In this document: piece by piece, positions 63,298-64,000 of the stretch
Numbering within the stretch: position 1 is the first letter of the stretch
How the letters are laid out: every line of letters starts with the position of its first letter
Source of the DNA: Nemertoderma westbladi
Taxonomy: Eukaryota; Animalia; Xenacoelomorpha
Assembly: GCA_032718475.1 (NCBI GenBank)
Contig: JAUCBJ010007209.1
Location: forward strand, 13,829-77,828
Direction of reading: 5' to 3'
DNA: 64,000 bases
Translations under genes and position numbers: made by a program
The notes under the pieces: model-generated
Databases searched by the model: none
What the model saw: the letters and a program-made list of their open reading frames with translations, nothing else
What the model was told of the DNA's origin: nothing

Positions 63298-64000
63298 ATG
63301 ACGAAATCCGGTCGACATAAACGGAGGCAGTCTTCATCATCGGGAACTTATTCAGGTAACAACAACATTGGCTTTACATTGCATGACGAACTGGATAAAC
63401 AAAGTTCTAGACTAGATGGATTTGAGGAAAGCTTCGAAGGCCTTCAATCTAAATTGTCTGGAATTATAATCTCTGAAATTAACAAACATACCGGTAAAGA
63501 GCGGACTTATTCACCTTCGAGTGGATCCGATAAAAACACCTTCGACCACTCCAATAACAGAGCAGGCCCAATTACAACTAGGCCTAAAAGGACCGATAAT
63601 GATGCTGTTTTCGTTTGTGACGCTATTTCCTCTAATGACAGTGGGTCTGATGAATCTACTGGAACCGCTCAACCATTTCTTGGCTTCTCCGATTCCGACA
63701 AGGACGCCCTAATTGTTGCAATACAAGAAAATGTCAACTTCGAATTAGAAGCTATGAAGGGAACACTTGAGGATATCCGACGAGAGTTTAACAGGTTACG
63801 TGATTCTTCTATCACGCAATTGGATGACATTGAGCAGTACTCGCGTCGAAATTGTATCCTTATACACGGAGTTCCTCAGACAACAGAAGAATCTTCTGAA
63901 GATAAAACCTTTGAAGTTGTTAAATCGTTCCTGAAGGACAATCTTCTGCTTGACATTGGAGAACACGAGTTTGATCGGTGTCATCGTCTGGGGCGTCGTG
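63298..64000 (+). mobile_element. Non-LTR retrotransposon ORF1-like protein (coiled coil plus L1-type RRM), open to the window end, in CCT7 intron 6
   Basis: Uninterrupted frame from ATG 63298: ..LDDIEQYSRRNCILIHGVPQ..EFDRCHRLGRR. Absent from the ORF track, presumably because no stop falls in the window. Confidence 0.85.

Overview
AT-rich, repeat-dense animal (probably marine invertebrate) genomic DNA, not prokaryotic. Left to right it holds: (1) a decayed BEL/Pao LTR retrotransposon on the minus strand, whose downstream non-coding region carries two copies of a ~128-nt hairpin with compensatory changes; (2) two intronless, near-identical PRPS genes; (3) a minus-strand gene with a TPR exon and a long acidic ORF; (4) the first six exons of chaperonin CCT7 on the plus strand. 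CCT7 introns host two complete antisense genes: an intronless, highly atypical SLC6 transporter (intron 2) and an 11-exon, 725-aa Cys-less (Pro-loop) pentameric ligand-gated ion channel with a ~350-aa acidic N-terminus and no evident signal peptide (intron 4). The introns also hold an RTE LINE fragment, a LINE ORF1, many MITEs and a 5.9-kb 19-bp satellite. The most unusual pattern is that tandem repeats repeatedly sit on exon borders, and three of them amplify splice-site sequence itself, giving arrays of decoy donors or acceptors whose use would create premature stops. Gene models were spliced by hand from GT-AG sites and phase continuity; no database searches or computations were run.
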